From positions 1,432 through 65,431 of the forward strand of contig CAYUPH010000005.1 in the NCBI GenBank assembly GCA_964446625.1: DNA of 64,000 bases, given 5' to 3'. Below are positions 54,765-64,000 of this stretch, piece by piece (positions within the stretch are counted from its first letter, which is position 1; each line of letters starts with the position of its first letter). Under the pieces are notes generated by a model. The model worked only from the letters and a program-made list of their open reading frames with translations. It was not told where the DNA came from and made no database searches. The position numbers and the translations under genes are program-made. This DNA comes from an uncultured Candidatus Saccharibacteria bacterium. GTDB lineage: Bacteria > Patescibacteriota > Minisyncoccia > Phycocordibacterales > CAIRYW01.

Positions 54765-55454
54765 CTATATGTTTTTTATTTTTTTAATTTTTTCGAGAAC
54801 AAGGATTGTTGCTATGACGCCAACCCACACGCCTGTAAAAATGATTAGAGGATGCACCCTCTCTGCAATTATAAAACTGTTAAAGAGTGCATGCAATAGG
54901 ACAGCGAGGATAACTCCAGTTGCGATTATGAATTTTCGGAGATTTCCTTTTTTATAAAACACATATCCATAGAAAATTCCGATAAGTGCTGAACAGACTA
55001 CATGGAGGAGTGTTGGTCCGATGAAGCGTAGGTTTGCTGTCACAAAACTATTCATATATTCGTTCTTGTAGAGCGAACCTAAGACAAAAATAAAGTTTTC
55101 AAATGCTGCAAAACCAAGCGCGGTTGAGATAAGGTAGATTGCTGGGTCAATTGGTTCGTCGGTAAATCGCGTGTGAATTGCAGCAATATATGCACCAGCA
55201 AATTTCAAAATTTCTTCTACTGCAGCCCAAATCACAACTATAAGTGGACCCGATTCTCCGAAGAGTCTGCCTGAGAGGTCTTCAAAAAAGAGCGCGACAA
55301 TTGTAATAACCATACCCATTACAAAAGCGCGGAGAATAAGACTTCTTGGTTCTCCGTGTGCGTCCTCTTTTAGCCAAAATTTGAGCCAAAAAAAAGCGGG
55401 TACAATACCACCTACCAGTGCAAAGACAACTCCTATTTGATCAATACCTTCCAC
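54765..55454 (-). CDS. PrsW-like intramembrane protease family membrane protein
   Basis: 7-8 TM helices with conserved acidic pair in AAVEEILKFAGA and FENF motifs. Family call is tentative. Confidence 0.5.
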   Translation of the reverse strand: MEGIDQIGVVFALVGGIVPAFFWLKFWLKEDAHGEPRSLILRAFVMGMVITIVALFFEDLSGRLFGESGPLIVVIWAAVEEILKFAGAYIAAIHTRFTDEPIDPAIYLISTALGFAAFENFIFVLGSLYKNEYMNSFVTANLRFIGPTLLHVVCSALIGIFYGYVFYKKGNLRKFIIATGVILAVLLHALFNSFIIAERVHPLIIFTGVWVGVIATILVLEKIKKIKNI

Positions 55455-55490
55455 GAGTTTATTATACCTCGTTTTTTAAAGCTTCGAAAA

Positions 55491-57650
55491 TTATTTTATC
55501 GGCCACTTTTCAACCATGAGAAGAGAAGTGTGTCCCATGAGCCCCCAAATTTCTTCTGTGACAAATGGCATGAATGGGTGAAGAGTCTTTAGTAATTTAT
55601 CTAAAGTGTGAAGAAGGAATTGCTTTCGAGATTTCTTTTCCTCATCGCTTCCTTCTGCAAAAATCTTTTTACTGTCCTCGATTATTTTATCTGCGAACTC
55701 GTACCAAACATAACTGTAAATTTTTTCTGAAGCTATATGGAACATGTAGGCGTCCATTTCTTTTGTAATTTCTACAAGAAGATTGTGTCGAATACTTCGA
55801 AGCTCAAGGTCTTTTTCGGTATAACTTTCAAAATCCGCTATTAGAGTTTCGTCTTTTGTATTTTCAAGTACAAACCGAGTAATGTTCCAGAGTTTGTTAG
55901 CAAAGTGTTTATAGCCTTTGATTTTGTCCTCTGAAATCTTGCTGTCCGTTCCGGGAGCCGTTCCATAGATAAGAGCCATACGAGCTGCGTCAGCGCCGTA
56001 TTTTTTTGAAATTTCGAGTGGGTCCAGTGCGTTTCCGAGTGACTTACTCATTTTTTCTCCTTTACCGTCTCGTACCATGCCGTGGAGGTATACTTCTTTA
56101 AATGGAACTTCTCCTAGGACATATGTCGACATAAGAATCATACGAGCAACCCAGAAGAACAAAATGTCGTATCCTGTCTCGAGTACGCTTGTGGGGTGGT
56201 ATGTTTTTAAATCTTCTGTTTTTTCTGGCCAACCAAGGGTAGAAAAAGTCCAAAGTCCAGATGAAAACCAAGTGTCTAGTGTGTCGGGGTCTTGCTCGGC
56301 TTCTAATCCTTCCGTCTTTTCTCCAACTGCTACAATTTCTCCGTCTTTGTACCATACGGGAATCCTATGTCCATACCAAATTTGTCTCGAAATACACCAG
56401 TCGCGCAGATTTTCAATCCAATGGAAGTATGTTTTTCCAAAGTATTCGGGAATAATTTTTATGTCCCCAGAAGAAACGGCTTCCTGCATTAGTTCCTTTA
56501 GACTTTTGCCACGAGACTGGATTTTTTTGTTTACAGCAATAAACCATTGAAGTTTTGGAAGCGGTTCGATCACTCCGCCAGTTCGCTCGGCGGTTGAAAC
56601 GTTTTGAGTGATTTCTTTTTCTTCTATCATGAGACCTTTTTCTCGAAGGAACTCTGCAACAACTTCCCTTGCTTCCGTGGTTTTTTTGCCAATGATGCTT
56701 TCATTTCCAATCATCATTTTTGCATATTCGTTTATAACCTGAATAGATGGGAGGCCATGAGTTTCTGCCATTTCTGCGTCAACCATGCTGTGTGCTGGAG
56801 TCACACCAAGTGCACCGGTTCCAAATTCCATTTCTACTTTCTTGTCGGCGATAATTTTAATACAGAGGTCGACTCCACAAAAATCTTTTACTTCAAAGGT
56901 TTTTCCTACGAATTCCTTGTAGCGAGGATCATCAGGGTGTACAGCAACAGCAGTGTCCCCAAGCTTTGTTTCAAGTCTAGTTGTTGCAACGGGGATAGGG
57001 AAGTCCGCAGAGTATTTAAATGTGTAGAGTTTTGCTTTTCGTTCCTCGTATACGATTTCATCATCTGAAATTGTTGTTTGTCCTTTAGGATCCCAGTTAA
57101 CAACTCTGTTCTTTCGGTAAATGAGTCCATCGTTATACATCAATTTAAAAACAGCGTTTACTGCTTTGTTTCGTGCAGTGTCTAGTGTAAAAGCTTCGCG
57201 CGACCAATCACAACTTGCTCCCATTGCTTTGACTTGAGAAACAATCGTATCATGACTGCTTTGTGCAAATTCGCCAACTCTCTTTAAAAGTTCTTCTCGC
57301 CCAAGGTCGTGTCTCGAGAGTCCTTCTTTTTTTGAAATTTCTTTTTCTACTTTTGACTGAGTTGCAATCGCAGCATGGTCAGTTCCAGGTAGCCACAAAG
57401 TTTTAAAGCCTCGCATTCGCTTGTAGCGAATCATAAGATCTTCTGTTGCCAGCATAAGTGCGTGTCCCATGTGGAGGATTCCAGTCACATTCGGTGGGGG
57501 AAGGATAATAGAGAAAGGTTTGGCGTCCTCTGCTGTCACTCCCTTTTCTATACACTGGTCTGGGTTAAAAAAACCGCTTTCTTCCCATTTTTGGTAGATT
57601 CGAGGTTCAGTCTCTTCTGGATTGTAGGGCTTTAAAAACTTGTCATTCAT
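55491..57650 (-). CDS. valS: valine--tRNA ligase (short form lacking C-terminal coiled-coil)
   Basis: PPPNVTGILHMGHA (HIGH region, ValRS signature) and KMSKSLGN. 719 aa. Confidence 0.85.
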   Translation of the reverse strand: MNDKFLKPYNPEETEPRIYQKWEESGFFNPDQCIEKGVTAEDAKPFSIILPPPNVTGILHMGHALMLATEDLMIRYKRMRGFKTLWLPGTDHAAIATQSKVEKEISKKEGLSRHDLGREELLKRVGEFAQSSHDTIVSQVKAMGASCDWSREAFTLDTARNKAVNAVFKLMYNDGLIYRKNRVVNWDPKGQTTISDDEIVYEERKAKLYTFKYSADFPIPVATTRLETKLGDTAVAVHPDDPRYKEFVGKTFEVKDFCGVDLCIKIIADKKVEMEFGTGALGVTPAHSMVDAEMAETHGLPSIQVINEYAKMMIGNESIIGKKTTEAREVVAEFLREKGLMIEEKEITQNVSTAERTGGVIEPLPKLQWFIAVNKKIQSRGKSLKELMQEAVSSGDIKIIPEYFGKTYFHWIENLRDWCISRQIWYGHRIPVWYKDGEIVAVGEKTEGLEAEQDPDTLDTWFSSGLWTFSTLGWPEKTEDLKTYHPTSVLETGYDILFFWVARMILMSTYVLGEVPFKEVYLHGMVRDGKGEKMSKSLGNALDPLEISKKYGADAARMALIYGTAPGTDSKISEDKIKGYKHFANKLWNITRFVLENTKDETLIADFESYTEKDLELRSIRHNLLVEITKEMDAYMFHIASEKIYSYVWYEFADKIIEDSKKIFAEGSDEEKKSRKQFLLHTLDKLLKTLHPFMPFVTEEIWGLMGHTSLLMVEKWPIK

Positions 57651-58069
57651 AGGGAAAATATAGCATTTTCCTTGTCTTTTTTCAAAAATGGCATTTCACA
57701 CTAAATATTGTACGATGTATGTATGACAACTGCTCCTTTAATAATGCCGGGCATTTTCGTGCGTTTCACTTCAGAGGGTGCAAGATATTTTGACCATACT
57801 TGTTCATATAGCGTTAATCATTCCTTTAGGACTGATTTGGTTATGGAAGTGCAACATATCATGCCAGGTGGATTTATTCTGCTTAGGTATCAAAAAGGTT
57901 TACCTCACTTAAAAGAGCGAAGAACTCTCTCGCCTGTACTTCTAAAAAGGGCAGGTAAAAGATTTCAAAAGAAAAAAAAGTGTCCTAAAGCAAAACTGAG
58001 AAAAAAGTAAACTCTCAGTTTTTTTTATTTATTATTCTTAAATCTTAATTCCTAAATCTTCATTCAGTA

Positions 58070-59197
58070 TTATATCCTTAAATTTCCCTCCGCTTTGATT
58101 TTTGAGAGAGGTTTTGGCTTTGCAAAAAAACCAGCAACTCCAATCATTACCGCGTTGTCTGTCGCAAGATTTTTAGATGAGAGAACAAAGTCTATACCGT
58201 ATGCTTTTGCCAAGTTCTTCAGATTTTTTGCAATGTATTTGTTTGCAGAAACTCCTCCTCCGACAACTAGGCTTTTTACTTTTTTGTTTTTGAGTGCGTT
58301 CTCTGTTTTCCTTACCAAAACATCTTTAACCGCTTCTTCAAACTCGCTTGCGATCTCCCGTTTCTTTTCGTCGTCTAAATGTGTAATTTTTTGTGTCAGA
58401 TAAAGGACGGCGGTTTTTAGTCCTGAAAAAGAAAAATTTAAATCTTTTGAATTTATCATAGGTCGTGGCAGAACAACCTCTTTTGTTACCTCACCTTTTT
58501 TGTGTAGGATTCGAAATTCTTCTGCATTTTTTGCAACAAGTGGGCCGCCTGGGTACGCGAGTCCAAGGATTCTTGCAACTTTGTCATACGCTTCTCCAGC
58601 CGCATCATCTACTGTTTGTCCGAGAGTGGTATAGGAAAGAGGACTTTTTGCTAAAACAATCTCGGTGTGTCCTCCAGAGATGAGGAGCCCTAGAGCAGGG
58701 AATTCGATTTTTTCTCCCTCTGCAAGGGGTGCAAGAAAATGTCCCTTCATGTGATTGACTGGAACAACTGGTACTCCCCACAAAATAGAAAGTGCTTTTG
58801 CAAAATTTATTCCCACCCAAAGTGTTGGTTCAAGTCCGGGCCCGTTTGTAACAGCAATTCGATCAATTTTTGGCTTTCTTAGAGTGTAAACATATTTCTC
58901 AAAAAGCTGAAGAAGCTCGGGTTCGCGTACGAGAGTTTCTTTTATCTTCTTTTGAATATTTTGTGGAACTGGCGTTTTTGTCTTTTCGGTACAGATTTTT
59001 AGGAGAAGGGGAATTAGTTTTTTTTGGTGTTCTTTTTTTGCAACATTCGGAAACACTCCTCCAAACTCTGCGTGGATACTTGCCTGGGAGAAAAGAGTGT
59101 TTTTGAGAACTTTAAATTTTGGATTTTTACCTGCGCTAACGGAAAGAAGGCAAATACCCGTTTCGTCGCATGAAGTTTCGATTGCTAAAATTTTCAT
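58070..59197 (-). CDS. tsaD: tRNA N6-adenosine threonylcarbamoyltransferase TsaD (Kae1/YgjD family)
   Basis: MKILAIETSCDETGICLL N-terminus and metal-binding VNHMKGHFLA. 375 aa with a short insertion. Confidence 0.85.
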   Translation of the reverse strand: MKILAIETSCDETGICLLSVSAGKNPKFKVLKNTLFSQASIHAEFGGVFPNVAKKEHQKKLIPLLLKICTEKTKTPVPQNIQKKIKETLVREPELLQLFEKYVYTLRKPKIDRIAVTNGPGLEPTLWVGINFAKALSILWGVPVVPVNHMKGHFLAPLAEGEKIEFPALGLLISGGHTEIVLAKSPLSYTTLGQTVDDAAGEAYDKVARILGLAYPGGPLVAKNAEEFRILHKKGEVTKEVVLPRPMINSKDLNFSFSGLKTAVLYLTQKITHLDDEKKREIASEFEEAVKDVLVRKTENALKNKKVKSLVVGGGVSANKYIAKNLKNLAKAYGIDFVLSSKNLATDNAVMIGVAGFFAKPKPLSKIKAEGNLRI

Positions 59198-59372
59198 GCG
59201 GTTAATATAGCAGAAAAGTAGAAAATGGGGTAGGAGCCTTGTTTTAGGATGATTTTTAGATAATCCACAGAAGCAAATTTTAGTGTATTAAAAAAGTATT
59301 AATTCTGTGTTAAAATCGAAAGAAAATGTTGCACAAATCTTTTATTCAAAATTTTTACCTTCTTTTTTACTA

Positions 59373-62300
59373 ATGAAGAAAGAGAGGAAAAAAACAAGGA
59401 GAATATTTGCAATTATTGCACCGTTATTCTTTGAAAGAGAGAAAGGGATTAGTTTCACAAAAGTGAAAGAAGCTTCTTTTCTTGCCTGCATTTTTGCTTG
59501 TTTTCTGTTTCCATTTGCTTATGCAGGAGATATGCCAAGTGTGCCAAACTCGGATATGTGGGTGACAAACGGTACGGTGTATGCAGTACAAACAGATGGT
59601 TCGACAACATATATTGGTGGAAGCTTCACATATGTGGGGCCAAGGACGGGAAATGGTGCCCCAATCAATATTTCTTCTGGTACAGTTACTTCAGGGTATG
59701 AGAATATAAATGGCGTTGTGAGAGCTGTTGTTTCAGATGGATCAGGAGGTTGGTATATTGGAGGGGATTTTACACGAGTTGGGAGTTTTACAAGAAATAG
59801 AGTTGCTCATATTTTATCAGATGGTTCTGTGGATTCGAGCTTTAATCCGAACTCTGGAGGAGCAGTGTATGCACTGGCTTACGATGCTGGAAATTCATTG
59901 CTCTATATTGGTGGAAATTTTATCACTATGAGTGGCTCGACGAGAAATTATATTGCAGCTGTAAATAGTTCCAATGGATCATTATCATCATGGAACCCAA
60001 ATGCAGGCGGTGCGGTTCTTTCTTTAAGTCTAGATTCAGCAAATTCTCAAATATATGTAGGTGGAAGCTTCACGACAATTGGTGGACAATCTCGAAGTCG
60101 AATCGCAGCTTTGAGTACATCTGCCGGAACAGCAACAGCGTGGAACCCGGGCGCGAATAACTCTGTAAACTCTATTGTTGTTGATTCAAGTAATTCTCTA
60201 ATTTATATTGGTGGGGATTTCACTACTGCGGGAGGGCAAACACGAAATTACATTGCAGCCCTTAATTCTTCGGACGGCACAGCAACATCGTGGAATCCTG
60301 CCAGTGGCAGTACTGTTAATTCTCTTGCATTAGATTCAGCTAATTCTCTTATATATGTGGGAGGAGCGTTTACAACTATTGGTGGTCAAACCCGAAACCG
60401 TATTGCCGCCTTAAGTACGGCAGACGGCACAGCAACTGCGTGGAATCCAAACTCTGGGAGTGCTGTGTATCGTGTTGTTCTAGACTCAACAAACTCTCTT
60501 GTTTATGCGGGTGGAAACTTTACTTCTATTGGTGGTCAGACTAGAAACTATGTCGCTGCACTAAGCACTTCCTCAGGTTCTGCTACTTCGTGGAATCCTA
60601 GCCCGGTTAATACCGTTCGTTCCCTTACACTTGATTTGGCTAACTCACAGATATATGTTGGAGGTGACTTTAGTACAATTGGTGGTTCTACAAGAAATAA
60701 CATTGCAGCACTCAATGCCTCGACTGGTTCTCTTACTTCTTGGAATCCAAATGCTGGTAGTACTGTATATGTTCTTACTTTGGATTCAGCAAATTCTCTT
60801 CTCTACGCTGGTGGTGATTTTACAACTATCGGAGGACAAACACGAAACAGAATCGCAGCATTGAGTACTTCCGCAGGAACAGCAACCGCCTGGAATCCTA
60901 ATGCGGGTAGTACAGTGTATGCGTTCAGTTTAGATAATTCAAATTCACTCATATATGTGGGAGGAAACTTCACAACTATCGGAGGACAAACACGAAACAG
61001 AATCGCAGCATTGAGTACTTCCGCAGGAACAGCAACCGCCTGGAATCCTAATGCAGGTAGTACGGTGTATTCGCTTAGTTTAGATAGATTGAATTCACTC
61101 ATGTATGTTGGAGGAAACTTCACTACTATCGGAGGACAAACACGAAACAGAATCGCTGCCCTTAATACTTCAGATGGAACAGCAACAGCATGGGATGCAA
61201 ATGCGGGAGGCACTGTGTATGCAGTAGCGCTCGATACAGACAATGCAGTCGTGTATGCTGGAGGAGCATTCACAACTATCGGAGGGCAAACTCGAAATCG
61301 ACTTGCTGCTTTGAGTCCTTCAGGGGGGACAGCAACGGCGTGGAATCCGAATGCAAATAGTACAGTATACGTATTGCTTCTTGACTCAAACAATACCGTA
61401 CTCTATGTAGGAGGTGATTTTAGTACGATTGGAGTCCAGACCAGAAATAAGGCTGTAGCATTTAAAACTTCCGATGGAAGTACGAACACATGGGATCCAA
61501 ATATTAATAATACAGTGAGAGCGTTTGGGCTTGATCCAACGAATTCGATTCTGGGCGTAGGAGGAGCGTATACTTCTATGGGAGGTAGTAGTCAGCTTTA
61601 TTTTGCCTCATTTGTAAATACTTTTACGATCACAGCTTCTGCTAGTGCGCATGGTACAATTACTCCCCTCGGTGATACTGTTTTAAATGGTGGAGATGAT
61701 CAATCTTATACTATAACGCCCGAAGCACATTATCACGTGGAAGATGTGCTGGTTGATGGTGTGTCTGTTGGTGCAGTTTCAACATATACATTTAGTAACG
61801 TATCAGCGGACCATACGATTTCTGTAAGTTTTTCAATCGATCAACAAACACTAAGTTATAGTGCGGGTGCCCACGGTTCTATCTCAGGAGATATATCGCA
61901 AACAATTGATTATGGGACCAACGGAACTGCGGTTGAGGCAGTAGCTGACTCAGGCTATCATTTTTCAGATTGGTCTGATTCATCGACTGCCAACCCGAGA
62001 ACTGATACAGGTGTAACCGACGATATATCTGTTACTGCCAATTTTGTAATTGACGCCGACATAATTCCGCCAACGGTTTCAATCACTTCGCCTTCTGATT
62101 CAGGTGTTGTCTCGGGGGTGGTGGCATTTTCGGCCGACGCTTCTGACAATATTTCTATTGAAGGGGTAAAGTTTTATTCGAATTCTGCTCTTATTGAAGA
62201 TGATACATCGTATCCTTATTCAGTATCTCTTGATACAGGCTTGATGAGTGATGGAAATTATACTCTAAGTGCAGTTGCAAGAGATACATCAGGCAACTAT

Positions 62301-63785
62301 GCAACTTCAACGAGTGTATTAATAACAGTAGATAGTACTAGTCCAAATATTTCTTCAATTTCCGTCACTGCATCTGAAACAACTGCTGATATTTCTTGGA
62401 CGACAGATGAACCAGCCGACTCACTTATTGATTTTTCTCCTGTTTCTACTTTTATTGCATCTTCTACACCTGACACGAATTTGGTAACAACACATTCAAT
62501 TAGTCTTTTAGAACTTAACTCATGTACAACTTATTATTATCGTGTGAAATCTGTAGACGAAAACAATAATGTTTCTTTTTCTCCTTCGTCAACATTTACT
62601 ACGACAGGGTGTACAGGAAATGCTGAAATCCTTGATGAGACTAATGGTGCAATCACATCACCCGGCGGGTCTTTGTCTTTGCTTGAGGCTGGCACTGGAG
62701 TATCGCTTACAGTTCCTTCAGCGTTCAAATCCGGAGTTTCTACCGCCTACTTTCAGATTAAACAGTTAGAAAGCCTGGATTTCTTAGCTGTTGTTTCTAC
62801 TCCACCTAATGTATCGCTTGTGTCAGGTTATATATATAACCTTGTATCTTTGCCAACAGCAACATCTTCTCTTACTTTATTTGATAATCCGTTAACAGTA
62901 AGTATAGTGTACGATGATGCTGATGTTGAGTCGTTGGATGAGTCTACGTTTACTATATATCGTTATGATGAGGGTGTATGGACACTGCTTTCTAACTGCT
63001 CTGCACATGAGGACACAAACACTGTGACATGTGAGACGTCTCACTTTTCAGAATTTGGACTTTTTGGTCAAGCTCAGTCAATTGATGTAACACCAGGTTC
63101 TTCTTCTGGCACTATAAGTGAAGGAATTCATTATGGTTGCAAAGACTCTAGTGCTTTGAATTATAATTTCTTTTCAAGGCACAAGCAGGATCTTTGCAAG
63201 TACGCAAATAAGGAGATTTCACAGAGTAAGTATAGTTTCAACAGAGATCTGGAATTAGGCATGGTAGGAGATGATGTGCTTGCACTTCAAAAAGTGTTAA
63301 ACTCTCTCGGATTTATTGTCGCACATTCAGGACCAGGATCACCGGGCAATGAGACAAACCTATTTGGTTCCGCAACAAAGTCTGCGCTTATGAGATATCA
63401 AGCATCCATGAATATTTTTCCTTCTAGAGGCTATTTTGGGCCAATGACACGCACAAGAATACAAGAATCGGCTGTTCAGGATGTGATCCAAGCTACTTTG
63501 AGCACTACCCCAGAATCTTCTGTAGAAACAAGCATAAAATTAAAATCATTTTCAAGAGATCTTTCAATTGGTATGACAGGAGAAGATGTAAGGATGCTTC
63601 AAGTTTTTCTTAATTCGAATGGGTATTTAGTGTCTTTGGCAGGAGTTGGATCGCAAGGACATGAAACAAATTATTTTGGAGAAAATACCAAAAAAGCATT
63701 AATACGATTCCAAACCGCTAGTAGCATTACTCCTGCGTTGGGATATTTTGGAAAAGTGACACGAGATTTTGTTAATTCTAAATAA
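59373..63785 (+). CDS. giant secreted cell-surface protein (about 1470 aa): signal peptide, about 14 tandem about-50-aa beta-propeller-type repeats, InlB-B-repeat-like and bacterial Ig-like domains, Fn3, C-terminal two PG_binding_1 domains
   Basis: Start at ATG 59373 (MKKERKK..., signal ...FLFPFAYAG) downstream of a TGTTAAAAT box that overlaps the track's TTG start at 59307. Repeats GGxFTTIGGQTRNRIAALSTSxGTATAWNPNAGSTVYxLxLDxxNSLxYV. C-terminal LELGMVGDDVLALQKVLNSLGF and LSIGMTGEDVRMLQVFLNSNGY (PG_binding_1-like). Confidence 0.8.
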   Translation: MKKERKKTRRIFAIIAPLFFEREKGISFTKVKEASFLACIFACFLFPFAYAGDMPSVPNSDMWVTNGTVYAVQTDGSTTYIGGSFTYVGPRTGNGAPINISSGTVTSGYENINGVVRAVVSDGSGGWYIGGDFTRVGSFTRNRVAHILSDGSVDSSFNPNSGGAVYALAYDAGNSLLYIGGNFITMSGSTRNYIAAVNSSNGSLSSWNPNAGGAVLSLSLDSANSQIYVGGSFTTIGGQSRSRIAALSTSAGTATAWNPGANNSVNSIVVDSSNSLIYIGGDFTTAGGQTRNYIAALNSSDGTATSWNPASGSTVNSLALDSANSLIYVGGAFTTIGGQTRNRIAALSTADGTATAWNPNSGSAVYRVVLDSTNSLVYAGGNFTSIGGQTRNYVAALSTSSGSATSWNPSPVNTVRSLTLDLANSQIYVGGDFSTIGGSTRNNIAALNASTGSLTSWNPNAGSTVYVLTLDSANSLLYAGGDFTTIGGQTRNRIAALSTSAGTATAWNPNAGSTVYAFSLDNSNSLIYVGGNFTTIGGQTRNRIAALSTSAGTATAWNPNAGSTVYSLSLDRLNSLMYVGGNFTTIGGQTRNRIAALNTSDGTATAWDANAGGTVYAVALDTDNAVVYAGGAFTTIGGQTRNRLAALSPSGGTATAWNPNANSTVYVLLLDSNNTVLYVGGDFSTIGVQTRNKAVAFKTSDGSTNTWDPNINNTVRAFGLDPTNSILGVGGAYTSMGGSSQLYFASFVNTFTITASASAHGTITPLGDTVLNGGDDQSYTITPEAHYHVEDVLVDGVSVGAVSTYTFSNVSADHTISVSFSIDQQTLSYSAGAHGSISGDISQTIDYGTNGTAVEAVADSGYHFSDWSDSSTANPRTDTGVTDDISVTANFVIDADIIPPTVSITSPSDSGVVSGVVAFSADASDNISIEGVKFYSNSALIEDDTSYPYSVSLDTGLMSDGNYTLSAVARDTSGNYATSTSVLITVDSTSPNISSISVTASETTADISWTTDEPADSLIDFSPVSTFIASSTPDTNLVTTHSISLLELNSCTTYYYRVKSVDENNNVSFSPSSTFTTTGCTGNAEILDETNGAITSPGGSLSLLEAGTGVSLTVPSAFKSGVSTAYFQIKQLESLDFLAVVSTPPNVSLVSGYIYNLVSLPTATSSLTLFDNPLTVSIVYDDADVESLDESTFTIYRYDEGVWTLLSNCSAHEDTNTVTCETSHFSEFGLFGQAQSIDVTPGSSSGTISEGIHYGCKDSSALNYNFFSRHKQDLCKYANKEISQSKYSFNRDLELGMVGDDVLALQKVLNSLGFIVAHSGPGSPGNETNLFGSATKSALMRYQASMNIFPSRGYFGPMTRTRIQESAVQDVIQATLSTTPESSVETSIKLKSFSRDLSIGMTGEDVRMLQVFLNSNGYLVSLAGVGSQGHETNYFGENTKKALIRFQTASSITPALGYFGKVTRDFVNSK
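59620..61590 (+). repeat. about 13-14 tandem 150-nt coding repeats; adjacent units 60826-60908 and 60976-61058 are identical over about 80 nt
   Basis: Periodicity of exactly 150 nt (50 aa). Produces a long spurious antisense ORF (60803..61393). Confidence 0.8.
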
Positions 63786-63854
63786 GAAGAAAAAGGGTAG
63801 GGAAGATGTGTTTTGAAAGAGATTTTAAGGATGGACCTTGGGTAGGGCCTTTGA

Positions 63855-64000
63855 TTACAGGTTAAAATGCTCTTTTATTTGTTGAGCAGCTTCGCTTGCT
63901 GAAATTTCTGTATTGTTTATTCGCAGGTAATTTGGCTCTTTTACTTCGCCTGGATCAGAATTGACTCTGTGTGTGGTGGTAGATTTTTTTATCTCGTTTT
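63855..64000 (-). CDS. 3' end of a minus-strand gene continuing beyond the window (C-terminus ...SEAAQQIKEHFNL*)
   Basis: Open frame on the reverse strand from the window edge to a TAA at about 63855-63857. Nothing else to identify it. Confidence 0.3.
   Translation of the reverse strand, partial: NEIKKSTTTHRVNSDPGEVKEPNYLRINNTEISASEAAQQIKEHFNL

Noticed and set aside
57651-58069. T-box riboswitch leader for valS
   Set aside because: The valS 5' region (reverse complement of this interval) lacks the conserved T-box sequence. No CCACCC (complement of GGGTGG) occurs on the plus strand here.
60803-61393. 196-aa minus-strand ORF
   Set aside because: Antisense to the repeat region of the giant gene. 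Its own translation is the same repeat read backwards (PPIVV.../AVAVP...), an artefact of repeat periodicity.
59620-61590. Highly periodic 150-nt repeats that could look like a CRISPR array
   Set aside because: Units are contiguous with no unique spacers and are in frame within a 4.4-kb ORF. They encode a conserved 50-aa motif. No cas genes present. These are coding tandem repeats.
1-64000. Alternative genetic code (UGA recoded as Gly/Trp, as in some CPR lineages)
   Set aside because: TGA terminates well-delimited genes (e.g. 6301-6303 overlapping the next ATG) and long ORFs are uninterrupted under code 11.
1-64000. Prophage, integron or transposon content
   Set aside because: No integrase, transposase, recombinase, terminal inverted repeats or phage structural gene motifs recognised. 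The tRNA genes are not flanked by direct-repeat attachment-site-like duplications.

Overview
This 64-kb window is a gene-dense, low-GC (about 38-40% by eye) stretch of bacterial chromosome. Coding runs almost edge to edge on both strands, TGA is used as a stop, and I found no transposase, integrase or CRISPR array.

Most of the window is recognisable housekeeping, called from catalytic motifs read in the translations. These include tatC plus an overlapping 57-aa tatA that the ORF track misses. Also present are a DEAD-box RNA helicase, a LOG-family hydrolase, rsmG, an AlkD-like repair protein, zwf and a short-form gnd. Further along are a Pif1/RecD-type helicase, an ABC exporter, RNase J with a His-rich insert, secG, lemA, htpX, an orphan sensor histidine kinase, msrB, murI, murJ, lepA, valS and tsaD.

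Non-coding genes seen are a type-A RNase P RNA (rnpB, about 45012-45342) overlapped by spurious ORFs, tRNA-Phe(GAA) and a probable tRNA-Arg(CCU). There are several rho-independent terminators. TGnTATAAT extended -10 boxes recur only 4-8 nt upstream of start codons, which suggests leaderless mRNAs.

Four things look unusual. First, a cluster at 18.8-22.8 kb splits a PEP-synthase / rifampin-phosphotransferase-like enzyme into separate genes. There is an ATP-grasp PPDK_N protein, a histidine-phosphatase (RHG) protein, and two paralogous proteins whose only shared part is a C-terminal phospho-His swivel domain. The last ~110 nt of the two paralogs are near-identical, and no PEP/pyruvate TIM-barrel domain is present. 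I think this is a candidate novel small-molecule phosphotransferase/phosphatase module.

Second, two giant secreted proteins (1829 aa and about 1470 aa) share a C-terminal anchor of Fn3, an HFSxFGLFG domain and two PG_binding_1 modules. One carries a 561-bp, >99% identical intragenic duplication. The other carries about 14 tandem 150-nt repeats that look like beta-propeller blades.

Third, a LemA - novel HExxH protein - HtpX membrane module. Fourth, a membrane-sensor gene and a cytoplasmic histidine-kinase gene that overlap by 11 nt in different frames, with no response regulator in the window.

The gene content and giant surface proteins suggest a small-genome Patescibacteria/CPR-like organism; this is inference only. 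Hand-derived coordinates for RNAs, promoters and terminators may be off by 1-2 nt.
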